A stretch of 64,000 nucleotides of DNA from a virus (lineage: Duplodnaviria > Caudoviricetes). The number at the start of each line of letters is the position of its first letter. The first letter of the stretch is position 1. Shown in pieces: positions 20,474-29,592 of the stretch. The notes below the pieces were generated by a model. It was not told the DNA's origin. It saw only the letters and a program-made list of their open reading frames with translations, and made no database searches. The translations under genes and the position numbers were made by a program. The stretch lies in the IMG/VR virus record IMGVR_UViG_2772190746_000001, positions 2,256-66,255 of that record; one strand, written 5' to 3'.

Positions 20474-23200
20474 ATGGGCGGCGGCAAAAGCGGCAAGATG
20501 GAGGTCACGGACTATTACCTCTCCACCCATTATCGGGTCTGCCATGGTCCCACCGACGCACTGCTCGGGATTTACGTCGGCGAAAAGGTCGCGTGGGAAG
20601 GCGAGGCCACTTCCGGCCAGGCGATCGCCATCAGTCGCCCGGATCTCTTCGGCGGCAACAAGAAGGAAGGCGGGGTCGCAGGGACTGCCGTGTACCTGCC
20701 GGGTCATGACGATCAGGTCATGCCGGAAGAACTGGCGAACCGCCTCGGGCTGACGTCTGCCACGTGCCCAGCATACCGCGGCATGTCGTCCGTTTTCTTC
20801 GTCGGTCGGCAGACGGCGCTAGAGTCTCCCGGCGGCATCACCGGCAGCGTGGTCTCCAAGCTCGGGTACGGTGCGCGCGGCTTCATGTGGGTGTCGAACA
20901 ACCCATACCTGAAGTCGATCTGGATGAAGATGCGACGGCGACCGCGTGGCCTCGACGCGGCGCTGGCCATGATCCCGCAGGCATCGCTTTCGCTGACGAC
21001 TGACGGGAACATCGTCACCGTCAACGGTGTCGCTGACACCGTCGTGCAGAACACGCTGACGACGATCAACGGGCACACCATCAACCTCAATGGTCGCACC
21101 ATCACGATCGATGGGGTTGCGATCACCGTTGTCCTCGACCCCGATTTCACCGTGACCGTGGGAGACGTGACCTATGAGATGGGTGACGGCGTCACGAAGG
21201 CGGGCAATTACACGGTCGCGACGCCGAGCAGCTATGTGGCCGGCGGGGTCACGATTGCAAATCTTGCGGTCACTCTCGGCACCAGACTGCTCGACGCCAA
21301 TCCGGCGCACATCATCTACGAGTGTCTGACGAACACCGACTGGGGGCAGGGCGGTGCGCCGAGCGGCATCAATGTCGCCTCGTTCGATGCTGCGGCGCTG
21401 ACGCTGTACAACGAAGGCTTCGGCATGTCCCTGAAGTGGACGAAGCAAGCCAAGATCGAAGATTTCGTCTCGGAGATCCTGGACCACATTCAGGCGACAC
21501 TTTTCGTCAATCCGCGGGATGGCCTGATGACCATCAAGCTGATCCGCGGCGACTACGACATCAACGATCTCCCGCTGCTGACGCCCGACAACTGCAGGGT
21601 GATCTCGTTCTCGCGCAAGGCTTGGGGAGAGACTGCAAACGAAATCGTCGTCACCTGGACGAACCCGGAGAACGAACAGGAAGAGACTGTCGCTGCCCAG
21701 AACAACGCGAACATCGCGGTGCAGGGCGGCATCATCTCCGACAGTCGGAACTACTATGGAGTCCGCAGCCAGCAACTAGCCCAGCAGCTCGCCTATCGCG
21801 ATCTGGCCACGGCATCGGCGCCGATCGCACTCTACGATATCGAGGTAGATCGATCGGCGTGGGACTTCGTCCCCGGTGGATGTGTCAGGCTGCATTACCC
21901 CCAGTACGGAATCGACGACGTCGTTCTACGCATCAGCGACATCGATTACGGCAAGCCCGGCACTCCGGCGATCAAGATCAGCACGATGGAGGATATCTTC
22001 GCGCTGGATTCCGCCGACTACGACCTCGGTGACGACACCCAGTGGGAAGATCCTGCGAACGATCCGGCGGCGGCCGCCTACGCGCGTGTAATTACAGTGC
22101 CAGCGTTCTTTGCATCCCGGCAGGTCGGCCTCAGTGCCGCCGAGTATCCTTCGGTTTATGCAGCGGCACTGGTCAGCCACAGCAACGATGACACCACGTC
22201 CTACGACCTCTACGGCATCGGCACGCTGCCAAACGGTGAAGTGGTCGCCGATCTCATCGGTAACCGGGCGACCATTGGTCACGCGATCCTCCCGTATGCA
22301 CTGGTCGCCGAGGGGGCGACCATTCTCGAGACTTTCGGCGTGACGGTTGGTGGCCCGGGACCGCTGCCGGGTGGCTTCGTCATCATCGGAAACGTGGCGG
22401 AAGGCGGCCATGAGATTGCGCTGATCGACGCCTACGACGATGCGACGGGGTGGACGCTGAAGCGCGGCGTGCTCGACACCGTTCCCAGGCCGTGGCCGGA
22501 TGGCACGGTCGCTTGGTTCGTGTCGATAGAGTCAGACTTCCTCATCGACAGCACCGTCTTCTCGGACGGCGAGACGGCCCGTTTCCGCGTGTCGCCCTAC
22601 ACCTCGCGCGGCGCGCTTCCGCTCGAAGAGTCGCCGATCATCGCGGCTGCCATGAGCGGGCGGCCCCACCTCCCGAGCCGCCCGGCGAACGTGTTGGTGG
22701 CAGGCACCGCTTTCGGTGCAGTTGATCTTTCCGGATCAGTGCCTGCCACTGTATCGGTGACCTGGGCGAACCGGAACCGTCGTCTTGAGGACTCGCAGGT
22801 GCTCGGCTGGACTGATGGTGACGTCATTCCCGAAGACGGCCAAACGACCACTGTCAAACTCTACTCGACTGCCGGTGACGTGCTGGCGACGCACAGTGGC
22901 CTGACAGGCACGTCGTTCAGCATCCCAGCGGCGTCGTGGGGCGATGAACTAGTCGCAGACGTCGAAGTGTCGTCCGAGCGTGATGGCCTCATCTCGCTGC
23001 AGGCGAACCGCGTCCGTGTGAAGATCCGCCCCGGCGGCTGGGGTGACGACTGGGGCGAGGAGTGGGGCGGCGGCGGTAGCAACGACGAGCCGATCGGTGA
23101 ACCCGAATTGCCGACGCCGGAAGACCCCGATCCGGGCTCCAGCTTCCCCGGCCTTCCGGCTTGGAAACGCGACATCCTGAACGAACAAGACCCGATCTAA
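20474..23200 (+). CDS. central tail tip/host-specificity protein
   Basis: MGGGK start, DANPAHIIYECLTN.DWG, NE..VTWT motifs. Confidence 0.88.
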   Translation: MGGGKSGKMEVTDYYLSTHYRVCHGPTDALLGIYVGEKVAWEGEATSGQAIAISRPDLFGGNKKEGGVAGTAVYLPGHDDQVMPEELANRLGLTSATCPAYRGMSSVFFVGRQTALESPGGITGSVVSKLGYGARGFMWVSNNPYLKSIWMKMRRRPRGLDAALAMIPQASLSLTTDGNIVTVNGVADTVVQNTLTTINGHTINLNGRTITIDGVAITVVLDPDFTVTVGDVTYEMGDGVTKAGNYTVATPSSYVAGGVTIANLAVTLGTRLLDANPAHIIYECLTNTDWGQGGAPSGINVASFDAAALTLYNEGFGMSLKWTKQAKIEDFVSEILDHIQATLFVNPRDGLMTIKLIRGDYDINDLPLLTPDNCRVISFSRKAWGETANEIVVTWTNPENEQEETVAAQNNANIAVQGGIISDSRNYYGVRSQQLAQQLAYRDLATASAPIALYDIEVDRSAWDFVPGGCVRLHYPQYGIDDVVLRISDIDYGKPGTPAIKISTMEDIFALDSADYDLGDDTQWEDPANDPAAAAYARVITVPAFFASRQVGLSAAEYPSVYAAALVSHSNDDTTSYDLYGIGTLPNGEVVADLIGNRATIGHAILPYALVAEGATILETFGVTVGGPGPLPGGFVIIGNVAEGGHEIALIDAYDDATGWTLKRGVLDTVPRPWPDGTVAWFVSIESDFLIDSTVFSDGETARFRVSPYTSRGALPLEESPIIAAAMSGRPHLPSRPANVLVAGTAFGAVDLSGSVPATVSVTWANRNRRLEDSQVLGWTDGDVIPEDGQTTTVKLYSTAGDVLATHSGLTGTSFSIPAASWGDELVADVEVSSERDGLISLQANRVRVKIRPGGWGDDWGEEWGGGGSNDEPIGEPELPTPEDPDPGSSFPGLPAWKRDILNEQDPI

Positions 23201-23212
23201 AGGACGAACACT

Positions 23213-23884
23213 ATGGCTTCCCACACTTTTCCCGGCATCGGATTGGTCGGTGGACGCTCGGCCGGCGAGGACGGTTGGGCTGCCGAAATGAACCAGAACC
23301 TGTTGTTGACATCGGCGCTCGGCCAGCTTTCGGCGAAGTCGCGGGTCACCGCACTTCCGGGGAGTCCGACCAACGGTGACATCTACATCGTGCCGAGCGG
23401 CGCCTCGACCAACCCCAACCAGGTTGCGATCCGCGACAGTGGGGCGTGGACGTATTTCGTCCCGTTCGCCGGGTTGCGCGCATGGGTAGCTGACGAGGGA
23501 GTGTTCTACGTCTGGGATGGCGCGGCGTGGATCATCGTGCCCGGCCGCGTGGAGGTCGCCGGATCGTTCGCTGGAACGGTGTCGAGCGAAGCTGTCGTGC
23601 TGCGTTACGTCTTCACGCGGACCGTTTCGTTCAAGGACGAGTTCGCTGGCAGCCAGGCGCGAGCGGGGGCGGCGGCCACTGGGTCCACTGCGTTCACGAT
23701 TCTGCGCGGCGGATCGGCCATCGGGACACTGACGTTTTCTGCGGCCGGAACTACCGGGGTCTTCGTCAGCACCGGGACCGGTGTGGTTACGTTCGCTGCC
23801 GGTGACGTGCTGACCGTTCGAGGCCCATCTGGTGCTGACGCGACACTGGCCGACTTGGCGATCACGTTCCTCGGTTTGGGGTAG
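23213..23884 (+). CDS. DUF2793-containing tail fibre-associated protein
   Basis: LP..P..GD.YIV...NQVA...GAW.YF.P..G.RAWV.DEG. Confidence 0.8.
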   Translation: MASHTFPGIGLVGGRSAGEDGWAAEMNQNLLLTSALGQLSAKSRVTALPGSPTNGDIYIVPSGASTNPNQVAIRDSGAWTYFVPFAGLRAWVADEGVFYVWDGAAWIIVPGRVEVAGSFAGTVSSEAVVLRYVFTRTVSFKDEFAGSQARAGAAATGSTAFTILRGGSAIGTLTFSAAGTTGVFVSTGTGVVTFAAGDVLTVRGPSGADATLADLAITFLGLG

Positions 23885-23934
23885 GTTGCCGGGACGCAGG
23901 GTTCTCGGTATAACGAGTGAAGCACGACACTGAG

Positions 23935-23963
23935 GCCCCCGCTGCTGCAACGGCGGGGGCTTT
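23935..23963 (+). terminator. rho-independent terminator ending the tail operon
   Basis: GCCCCCGCTG-loop-CGGCGGGGGC followed by TTT, between convergent genes. Confidence 0.7.
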
Positions 23964-24220
23964 CATTTGTACCGGGCAGGTGAGTTAAAGCTGGCCTCGG
24001 CGACCCAGCCACGCCGATGCACGAAATCGATATGACCGGCGTAGACGTCATCATGCTGCTGCTCGGTCATGCGCTCTCCGGGACAGTCGGTGGGCAAGCT
24101 GCCTTCCGCGCCGCCGCAGCGGGTGCAGACGAAGAGAGCACCGTGACAAAGGTGGCAGCCAAGGCATTCTTTTCGGGTGCAGCGCGCCCGGTGGTGACCG
24201 GGGAAGGGGATGATGGTCAT
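23963..24220 (-). CDS. Cys-rich hypothetical protein
   Basis: CxxC repeats, GGAEGSLPTDCPG motif. Confidence 0.7.
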   Translation of the reverse strand: MTIIPFPGHHRARCTRKECLGCHLCHGALFVCTRCGGAEGSLPTDCPGERMTEQQHDDVYAGHIDFVHRRGWVAEASFNSPARYK

Positions 24221-24588
24221 CGTCCGAACTCCCGGTGGTGCGCGACCAGGCAGGCGCGCGAGATGGCGCTGGCATCATTGCAGCCGAACACGACCGCGTC
24301 CGGGTCGTTGGTGCCAACCTGGCAGCCGATCGTCAAACCGCCGTTGATATGCTCCAACACGTAATCGAAGCGCTCGCCCGTGTCGCACAGCGGCAGCAAC
24401 GTCAGAGCAGCGTCGACCGACTCGGTGTAGCGCGGAGCTTCTTCCAGGTCGTAGCGCCACCCTTTGACGCCCCACTGCTTCTCATTCACCCAACGCCAGA
24501 TACGATCGTCGATCTCACGGCTCGGTGCATCGGCGGTACGCAGCGCCTCGGCAATCTGCGTGGAGGTGGCATTCCAGGGCAAACTCAC
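24217..24588 (-). CDS. hypothetical protein
   Basis: GTGA overlap with upstream gene; P.YT.S.DAA..L motif. Confidence 0.65.
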   Translation of the reverse strand: MSLPWNATSTQIAEALRTADAPSREIDDRIWRWVNEKQWGVKGWRYDLEEAPRYTESVDAALTLLPLCDTGERFDYVLEHINGGLTIGCQVGTNDPDAVVFGCNDASAISRACLVAHHREFGR

Positions 24589-24887
24589 TGCACGTACTCC
24601 GCAGGGTTTCCGTTGAGCGCGACGCATGCGCCGTCCCACGCTGCCTGCCACAGCTTGGCGGTATGACTGCTGCAGGAATAGCTGCGACCCTTCGGCGGGT
24701 TCCGGTACTTCGGCACCACCTTGTCGGCGATCTCGGTGCAGCGCTTGACGAGAGATTTCGCTGGCGCAGGTTCGACCGCAAGATTGTAGTTCGAACATAG
24801 CGTGTTCGCGCAGCAACGCTTGGCATTCTTGGTGTAGGGCGCTCTCCGCAGAACAGTATCCTTATCGCACAGAGGACACTTCATCAT
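24585..24887 (-). CDS. zinc-ribbon hypothetical protein
   Basis: CPLC...C...C; GGAGG SD. Confidence 0.65.
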   Translation of the reverse strand: MMKCPLCDKDTVLRRAPYTKNAKRCCANTLCSNYNLAVEPAPAKSLVKRCTEIADKVVPKYRNPPKGRSYSCSSHTAKLWQAAWDGACVALNGNPAEYVQ

Positions 24888-24893
24888 CCAAAC

Positions 24894-24949
24894 CTCCTGA
24901 TTTCATCCTCGCCCCGGCGACCGAAGCCGCCGGAGTCCGGGGAAATCAG
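24894..24949. repeat. 56-bp direct repeat copy 1 (stop-hairpin-SD module)
   Basis: Identical to 25196-25251. Confidence 0.95.
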
Positions 24950-25185
24950 GAGAAGGGGATGACCTTCCGCTCCGGCTGGGCAACCGCCCGGACCGCGTGC
25001 ATGAATGCGTCTTCGCCATGCGTGGCAGCCAGTGCGACCTGACGCTGGTCGACGCCGGGGATCGCCTTCAAGTGGTCGATCATCCCATTGAACCGCGCCT
25101 CCAGTTCCTTTGCGGCATTCATCGCGTCGATCTCGGTCTGCGACAAATCCCGGTAACCGGTGATCTTCTTGTGTTGGTTATCCAT
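24946..25185 (-). CDS. acb2: Acb2-like cyclic-oligonucleotide sponge (anti-CBASS)
   Basis: MDNQHKKITGYRDLSQTEID.MN..KEL N-terminus and RAVAQP C-terminus match the Acb2 pattern. Confidence 0.85.
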   Translation of the reverse strand: MDNQHKKITGYRDLSQTEIDAMNAAKELEARFNGMIDHLKAIPGVDQRQVALAATHGEDAFMHAVRAVAQPERKVIPFS

Positions 25186-25195
25186 TGACTTACTT

Positions 25196-25251
25196 CTCCT
25201 GATTTCATCCTCGCCCCGGCGACCGAAGCCGCCGGAGTCCGGGGAAATCAG
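25196..25251. repeat. 56-bp direct repeat copy 2
   Basis: Identical to 24894-24949. Confidence 0.95.
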
Positions 25252-25811
25252 TCGATCTTCACGCCGTCGTCGCGGTGCGTGCGGAAGGCTTCATCGGCGT
25301 GGCCGGAAACCACGATAGCCTCGTACTTCTCGAAGAAGCCCGGCGTCGGTTTGCCCAGCAGGCTGTAGAACATCACGCCGGGGAAGGTGCCGATCTCGGT
25401 CTTGTAGCTGCGCACCATGTCGATCTTGCGCGTCTGCGCGACCTGGAAGTCATTGCGGCCGGCTTCGATGAGGTCGATCACACGGCGGTAGCCGGACTGG
25501 TCGAGCGACGGGTTCTGCTCGGTGATCCACTGAATGGTCGCCTGGCTACCGTCCGACCCGTAACGGGATTCGTTCGCCTTGGTGATCACATCGGCCACGG
25601 CGGTCGCCTGCAGCTTGGTGACGCCCAGTGCTTCGCGCAGCTTCGGGGCGTACTGGCCGAGGACGTTCTGGCTGTCGGTGTGCGCTGCGATGATCGCAGC
25701 TTCACGGCGGACGGCGGTGTTGTTGGCGCCGATAAAACCACCGAGCAGCATGAGGACGACGGCGGCAAACGCCGAGAGCGTGGAAAGTAGGATGACGGTG
25801 CTACGGGTCAC
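25248..25811 (-). CDS. membrane-anchored LemA-like protein
   Basis: N-terminal TM, helical body, AGRNDF..AQ...ID..R.Y. Confidence 0.6.
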   Translation of the reverse strand: MTRSTVILLSTLSAFAAVVLMLLGGFIGANNTAVRREAAIIAAHTDSQNVLGQYAPKLREALGVTKLQATAVADVITKANESRYGSDGSQATIQWITEQNPSLDQSGYRRVIDLIEAGRNDFQVAQTRKIDMVRSYKTEIGTFPGVMFYSLLGKPTPGFFEKYEAIVVSGHADEAFRTHRDDGVKID

Positions 25812-26857
25812 GGGTTCACTCCATTACGATGAAAAATGTAGGCGGCGCCCGCCGACGCGGCGGTTCCGAGGATGAGGGCGAGTACCAGCACCCAGGCGCT
25901 CGGCTTCACGTCGTCCTTCAGATATTCGAAGTCGGACATAGGCCGGCGGACGTAGTGGGCGCGGGCATTGCGGGCGATGATGTCGATGGTGCGGACGGGG
26001 TCGAGCGATCGGCTTTCGAGCAGATCCTGGCGCAGAGACACGTTGACGATGTCCAGCTTGGACCAGGAGAACACCTCGACCCAGTCAATGGTCGGGTAGT
26101 GCTTGGCACCGACGACCACGATGATGTCGTTCTTCTTGCCGCCGAGCCACTTGGATCGCAGGGCCTCGGCAAATCGCTTCGGCTGGTCCGAGATTACAAT
26201 GACGAAGTTCACCTGCTTCTCAGCACCCAGCGTGCGCAGCGACAGCGCGAGATTGCGGTTCCAGAGTGCAGCATCACGGGGCGCGCCGATGACGCGATCC
26301 GAGAACTGGTAGTCGTAGAAGCCTGGGTATTCGGGCAGTGTGCCCTTGAAGTCGCCGATGACGTGGAACAGGCTATCCGGCGCGCCCTTCACGTAATTGG
26401 TGTAGCCGTGCGGCACTGCGACCGGGTCGCCGGTTTGGACGTGTGACCAGCGCGCGGGCTCCGACAATCCCTGACGATCCACCCGGGCGATAGTGAAGCC
26501 GCCGACCGTCGAACCGACATCCCAGTCCACGTCGTAGGAATGGTCGTAGCAGGTGCTGCAATGCTCGCTGCATGACCGGGTTTTACCTGAGCCGGAGCAC
26601 GTGGTGTAGCAGTTGCACCGATAGCTGTGGGAGCAGGAGACCTCGTTGCGGGCCTTGCCAGTGACGTAACCGTTCAACGTTTCCGTGTCGGCCGTCAACG
26701 AATACGTGCTGATGCCCCAGACGACACCCACTACGATAACGCCGATCAGCAACTGACCGGCAGCCTCCAGCCAGGTGATTGTCTGGTGCAGGAATACCCG
26801 GACCCCGATGGCGATCAGCACCATCGGCAGCGTCAAAAGCAGCAATGTCGGATTCAC
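25808..26857 (-). CDS. multi-TM membrane protein with Cys-rich periplasmic region
   Basis: 2 N-terminal TMs, CSHSYRCNC...CSTCYDH, C-terminal TM; GGAGG SD. Confidence 0.75.
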   Translation of the reverse strand: MNPTLLLLTLPMVLIAIGVRVFLHQTITWLEAAGQLLIGVIVVGVVWGISTYSLTADTETLNGYVTGKARNEVSCSHSYRCNCYTTCSGSGKTRSCSEHCSTCYDHSYDVDWDVGSTVGGFTIARVDRQGLSEPARWSHVQTGDPVAVPHGYTNYVKGAPDSLFHVIGDFKGTLPEYPGFYDYQFSDRVIGAPRDAALWNRNLALSLRTLGAEKQVNFVIVISDQPKRFAEALRSKWLGGKKNDIIVVVGAKHYPTIDWVEVFSWSKLDIVNVSLRQDLLESRSLDPVRTIDIIARNARAHYVRRPMSDFEYLKDDVKPSAWVLVLALILGTAASAGAAYIFHRNGVNP

Positions 26858-27008
26858 AGAAACCTCCGTTGAGGGGTGGCGCGTGAATCCCATGACGAGA
26901 GAGAAGAGTCAACCAAAAGGTGATATTCAACCTCATGACCTTCGTAACTCTCGCGACTCGTGATATTTCGCGGTCAAACGCCAAATCAACGAACAACGGA
27001 GAACTGAC

Positions 27009-27377
27009 ATGGCGATCAAGACCACTGCGAACCTGCGCCTTCCCCTTGCCACTCTCGGCGACTCGGCCTTCAAGCGCTCGTTCAAGGCTGCAATGGCGCT
27101 GATCGATGCCGCTGTCGGCCGCGTTCTGACCGGCAGCAAGACGCACGATTTCGCGAGCATTCTCGTCGGTGCTCAGGCAACCACCACGGTTACCGTCCCG
27201 GACGCGGCATTGGGTGACTTCGTCACTGGCGTTTCACTCGGCGTAGATGCTGCAGGGCTGCGCCTGTCAGGTTACGTATCAGCGGTGAATACGGTGACGG
27301 TTGTCGCTCGCAACGACACCGGTGGCGCGGTGGACCTCGCCAGCACCACGCTGCGCGTCCTCGTCCGCAAGGCGTAA
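27009..27377 (+). CDS. virion/tail-fibre-like beta-sandwich protein
   Basis: TVTV.DAALGDFV...YVSA.NTVTV...VDLAS.T domain. Confidence 0.6.
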   Translation: MAIKTTANLRLPLATLGDSAFKRSFKAAMALIDAAVGRVLTGSKTHDFASILVGAQATTTVTVPDAALGDFVTGVSLGVDAAGLRLSGYVSAVNTVTVVARNDTGGAVDLASTTLRVLVRKA

Positions 27378-27381
27378 TCCG

Positions 27382-27642
27382 ATGCGCTTCAAGCTGTTCG
27401 ACGACTGGAAGAAGGTGCTTGTCACCTCCTGGTCGAACCGCATCACGGCGCTGAACGCGGTGCTGCTGGCGATCCTCACTGCATGGCCGGACGCCCTGGT
27501 CGACATCTGGACCTGGCTCCCGGCCGCCCTGCAGGCGCAGGTGCCGCAGCACATCGCGCTCGCGCTCCCCCTCGTACTCAGCGGACTGTCCATGTGGGCT
27601 CGCGTGGTCGTCCAGGAGAAGCTGGAAAATGGCGGCAAGTAA
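27382..27642 (+). CDS. holin-like membrane protein
   Basis: Two TMs directly before the endolysin; DDWK...WS pattern. Confidence 0.7.
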   Translation: MRFKLFDDWKKVLVTSWSNRITALNAVLLAILTAWPDALVDIWTWLPAALQAQVPQHIALALPLVLSGLSMWARVVVQEKLENGGK

Positions 27643-28225
27643 GAAGGCGTTCGCACGCATCGGCACGGCGGCCCTGTCGCTCATCGCAGGCGTCATCGCG
27701 GTTGAGGGTGGATGGGTGAATCACCCGAACGATCCCGGCGGTGAGACCAACATGGGCATCACGAAGGTGGTCGCCGTGCAGAACGGCTATACCGGCCCGA
27801 TGAAGGCGCTTCCGCGTAGCGTCGCAGAGAGCATCTATTACGACCGCTACCTCGTCGAGCCCGGTTACGCTCCGCTGATCGACGTTGACGCCGCGGTTAC
27901 CGAGGAACTGTTCGACACCACGGTCAATATGGGGCCGGCCCGCCCGTCGCGCTGGTTCCAGCTGGCAATCAATACGCAGTGTGGCACTCACCTGGTCGTT
28001 GACGGCAAAGTCGGCCCCGGCACCCGGAAGGCATTCACCGACTGCCAGAAGACCCGCGGTGCCTCGAAGCTCTGCGTGTCCATGCTCGACAGCCTGGATG
28101 CCCAGCAGCGCGCGGAATACGACCGCCTGGTCCGGGTGAACTCGAGCCTGAAGGTCTTCTATCGGGGTTGGATCAACCATCGGGTCGGGAACGTCGACCG
28201 CGCCAAGTGTAAGGTGGCAGCCTGA
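27629..28225 (+). CDS. endolysin, GH108 + peptidoglycan-binding domain
   Basis: EGGWVNHPNDPGGETNMGIT; LVVDGKVGPGT; F.RGW. Confidence 0.93.
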   Translation: MAASKKAFARIGTAALSLIAGVIAVEGGWVNHPNDPGGETNMGITKVVAVQNGYTGPMKALPRSVAESIYYDRYLVEPGYAPLIDVDAAVTEELFDTTVNMGPARPSRWFQLAINTQCGTHLVVDGKVGPGTRKAFTDCQKTRGASKLCVSMLDSLDAQQRAEYDRLVRVNSSLKVFYRGWINHRVGNVDRAKCKVAA

Positions 28226-28557
28226 TGGGCGCGGTATCCGAAATTCTGCGGTCGGTAGAAGGCGGCGGCCTCATGTTCTGGTGCCCGGGCTGCGACGGTG
28301 CCCACATGGTCACTGTCGGCGAGGGTCCGGGGCCGCGCTGGGGGTACAACGGGAATGCGAACCGGCCGACGTTCACCCCGTCGATTCTCGTGACGTACAA
28401 CGGTGCTGACGCTGGTGCTGACCGAGGCGATGGGCACCTCGCACCGGCGGCAGTCTGCCACTCGTTCGTCACCGATGGCCGCATCCAGTTTCTGGGTGAC
28501 TGCACTCACCATCTTGCCGGCCTGACGGTCGATATTCCTGCATGGGAGTCCGCCTGA
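28225..28557 (+). CDS. Cys/His-rich protein (DUF6527-like)
   Basis: FWCPGC..AH, PTFTPSIL, CHSFVTDG.IQFL.DCTH. Confidence 0.7.
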   Translation: MGAVSEILRSVEGGGLMFWCPGCDGAHMVTVGEGPGPRWGYNGNANRPTFTPSILVTYNGADAGADRGDGHLAPAAVCHSFVTDGRIQFLGDCTHHLAGLTVDIPAWESA

Positions 28558-28985
28558 TGTTTCCCTCGCTCAGCGCCATCAAGTGGCAGATCATCACCGG
28601 CGCGGCGGGTCTCGCTCTGCTTGGCGTCGGGGGCGCCTGGGTCGCCGCCCAGTTCGAGAACCGGAGCCTCGCGAAACGGAACGGCGAACTCACCGACCTG
28701 GTAGACAACCCGAAGACCGGGCTGCGCGTCGTACTCGCCTCGGAGCGGGCCAACCGGGCGACCGTTGAAGCCGGGCTTGAGCGTCAGAATGCTGCGCTCA
28801 GCGGTCAGGCTGCCGACACCGCCGCGCGACTGGCATCCACGTCCGCCGCACTGGCCGCCGCGCAACAGCGCACCCGTGCTGCTGAGAAGCAAGTTGCCGT
28901 GCTGATGGCGACCCCGATCAAAGGCAACACCGCCGCCGAGCGTTTCGCGGACGTGGATGCCCTCATCCTGGAGGATCTGCAGTGA
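28557..28985 (+). CDS. i-spanin (Rz-like)
   Basis: N-terminal TM plus coiled coil after endolysin. Confidence 0.8.
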   Translation: MFPSLSAIKWQIITGAAGLALLGVGGAWVAAQFENRSLAKRNGELTDLVDNPKTGLRVVLASERANRATVEAGLERQNAALSGQAADTAARLASTSAALAAAQQRTRAAEKQVAVLMATPIKGNTAAERFADVDALILEDLQ

Positions 28986-29257
28986 AGCCGATCGCCATTT
29001 TCATTCCGCTTGCTCTGGCTGCCTGCACCACGGCTCCCGCGCCGCCGGAGACTGTGCGAACCGTCGAGGTGAAAGTCCCCGTCCGACAGGCGTGCGTGCC
29101 GACAACCCTTGGTGGGGCGCCGGATTACCCTGACGATGATGCAGCGCTGCGGAAGGCCCCCGATGCGGCCGCGCGGTACAAGCTGCTCTACGCCGGACGG
29201 AAGCTGCGCATCCCGCGTGAACAGGAACTCGAGACCGTGGTGGCAGGCTGCAAGTGA
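28982..29257 (+). CDS. o-spanin lipoprotein (Rz1-like)
   Basis: LALAAC lipobox, Pro-rich. Confidence 0.82.
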   Translation: MKPIAIFIPLALAACTTAPAPPETVRTVEVKVPVRQACVPTTLGGAPDYPDDDAALRKAPDAAARYKLLYAGRKLRIPREQELETVVAGCK

Positions 29258-29592
29258 GCGAAGACCCGAGCGTGGCCTATCAAGCCCTCAACTTGGCGAG
29301 ACAGAACGCCCGCGACATCGAGAAGCACGAGGACATCTGCGCCGAGCGTTACCAAGGCATCCATGACGCGATCGATGAGATCAAAGGGGTGCTCTGGAAG
29401 GCCGGCGGCGGCGCGTTCACCGTGATCCTCGGAGTCCTAGGCTTCCTGCTCGTCCAGCAGCTGAATGCCAATGGAAAGCTGCACGACGAGAACCAGTCCG
29501 AAATCCGTCGCCTTCAACAGCAGTTGAACGACGAGCGCGCGAACCGTGTCATCCAGGTGACGCCCCAGAAGGAAGTCTATGTCGACAATTGA
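29254..29592 (+). CDS. membrane protein (lysis-associated)
   Basis: HE..CAERY..I motif then one TM. Confidence 0.65.
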   Translation: MSEDPSVAYQALNLARQNARDIEKHEDICAERYQGIHDAIDEIKGVLWKAGGGAFTVILGVLGFLLVQQLNANGKLHDENQSEIRRLQQQLNDERANRVIQVTPQKEVYVDN

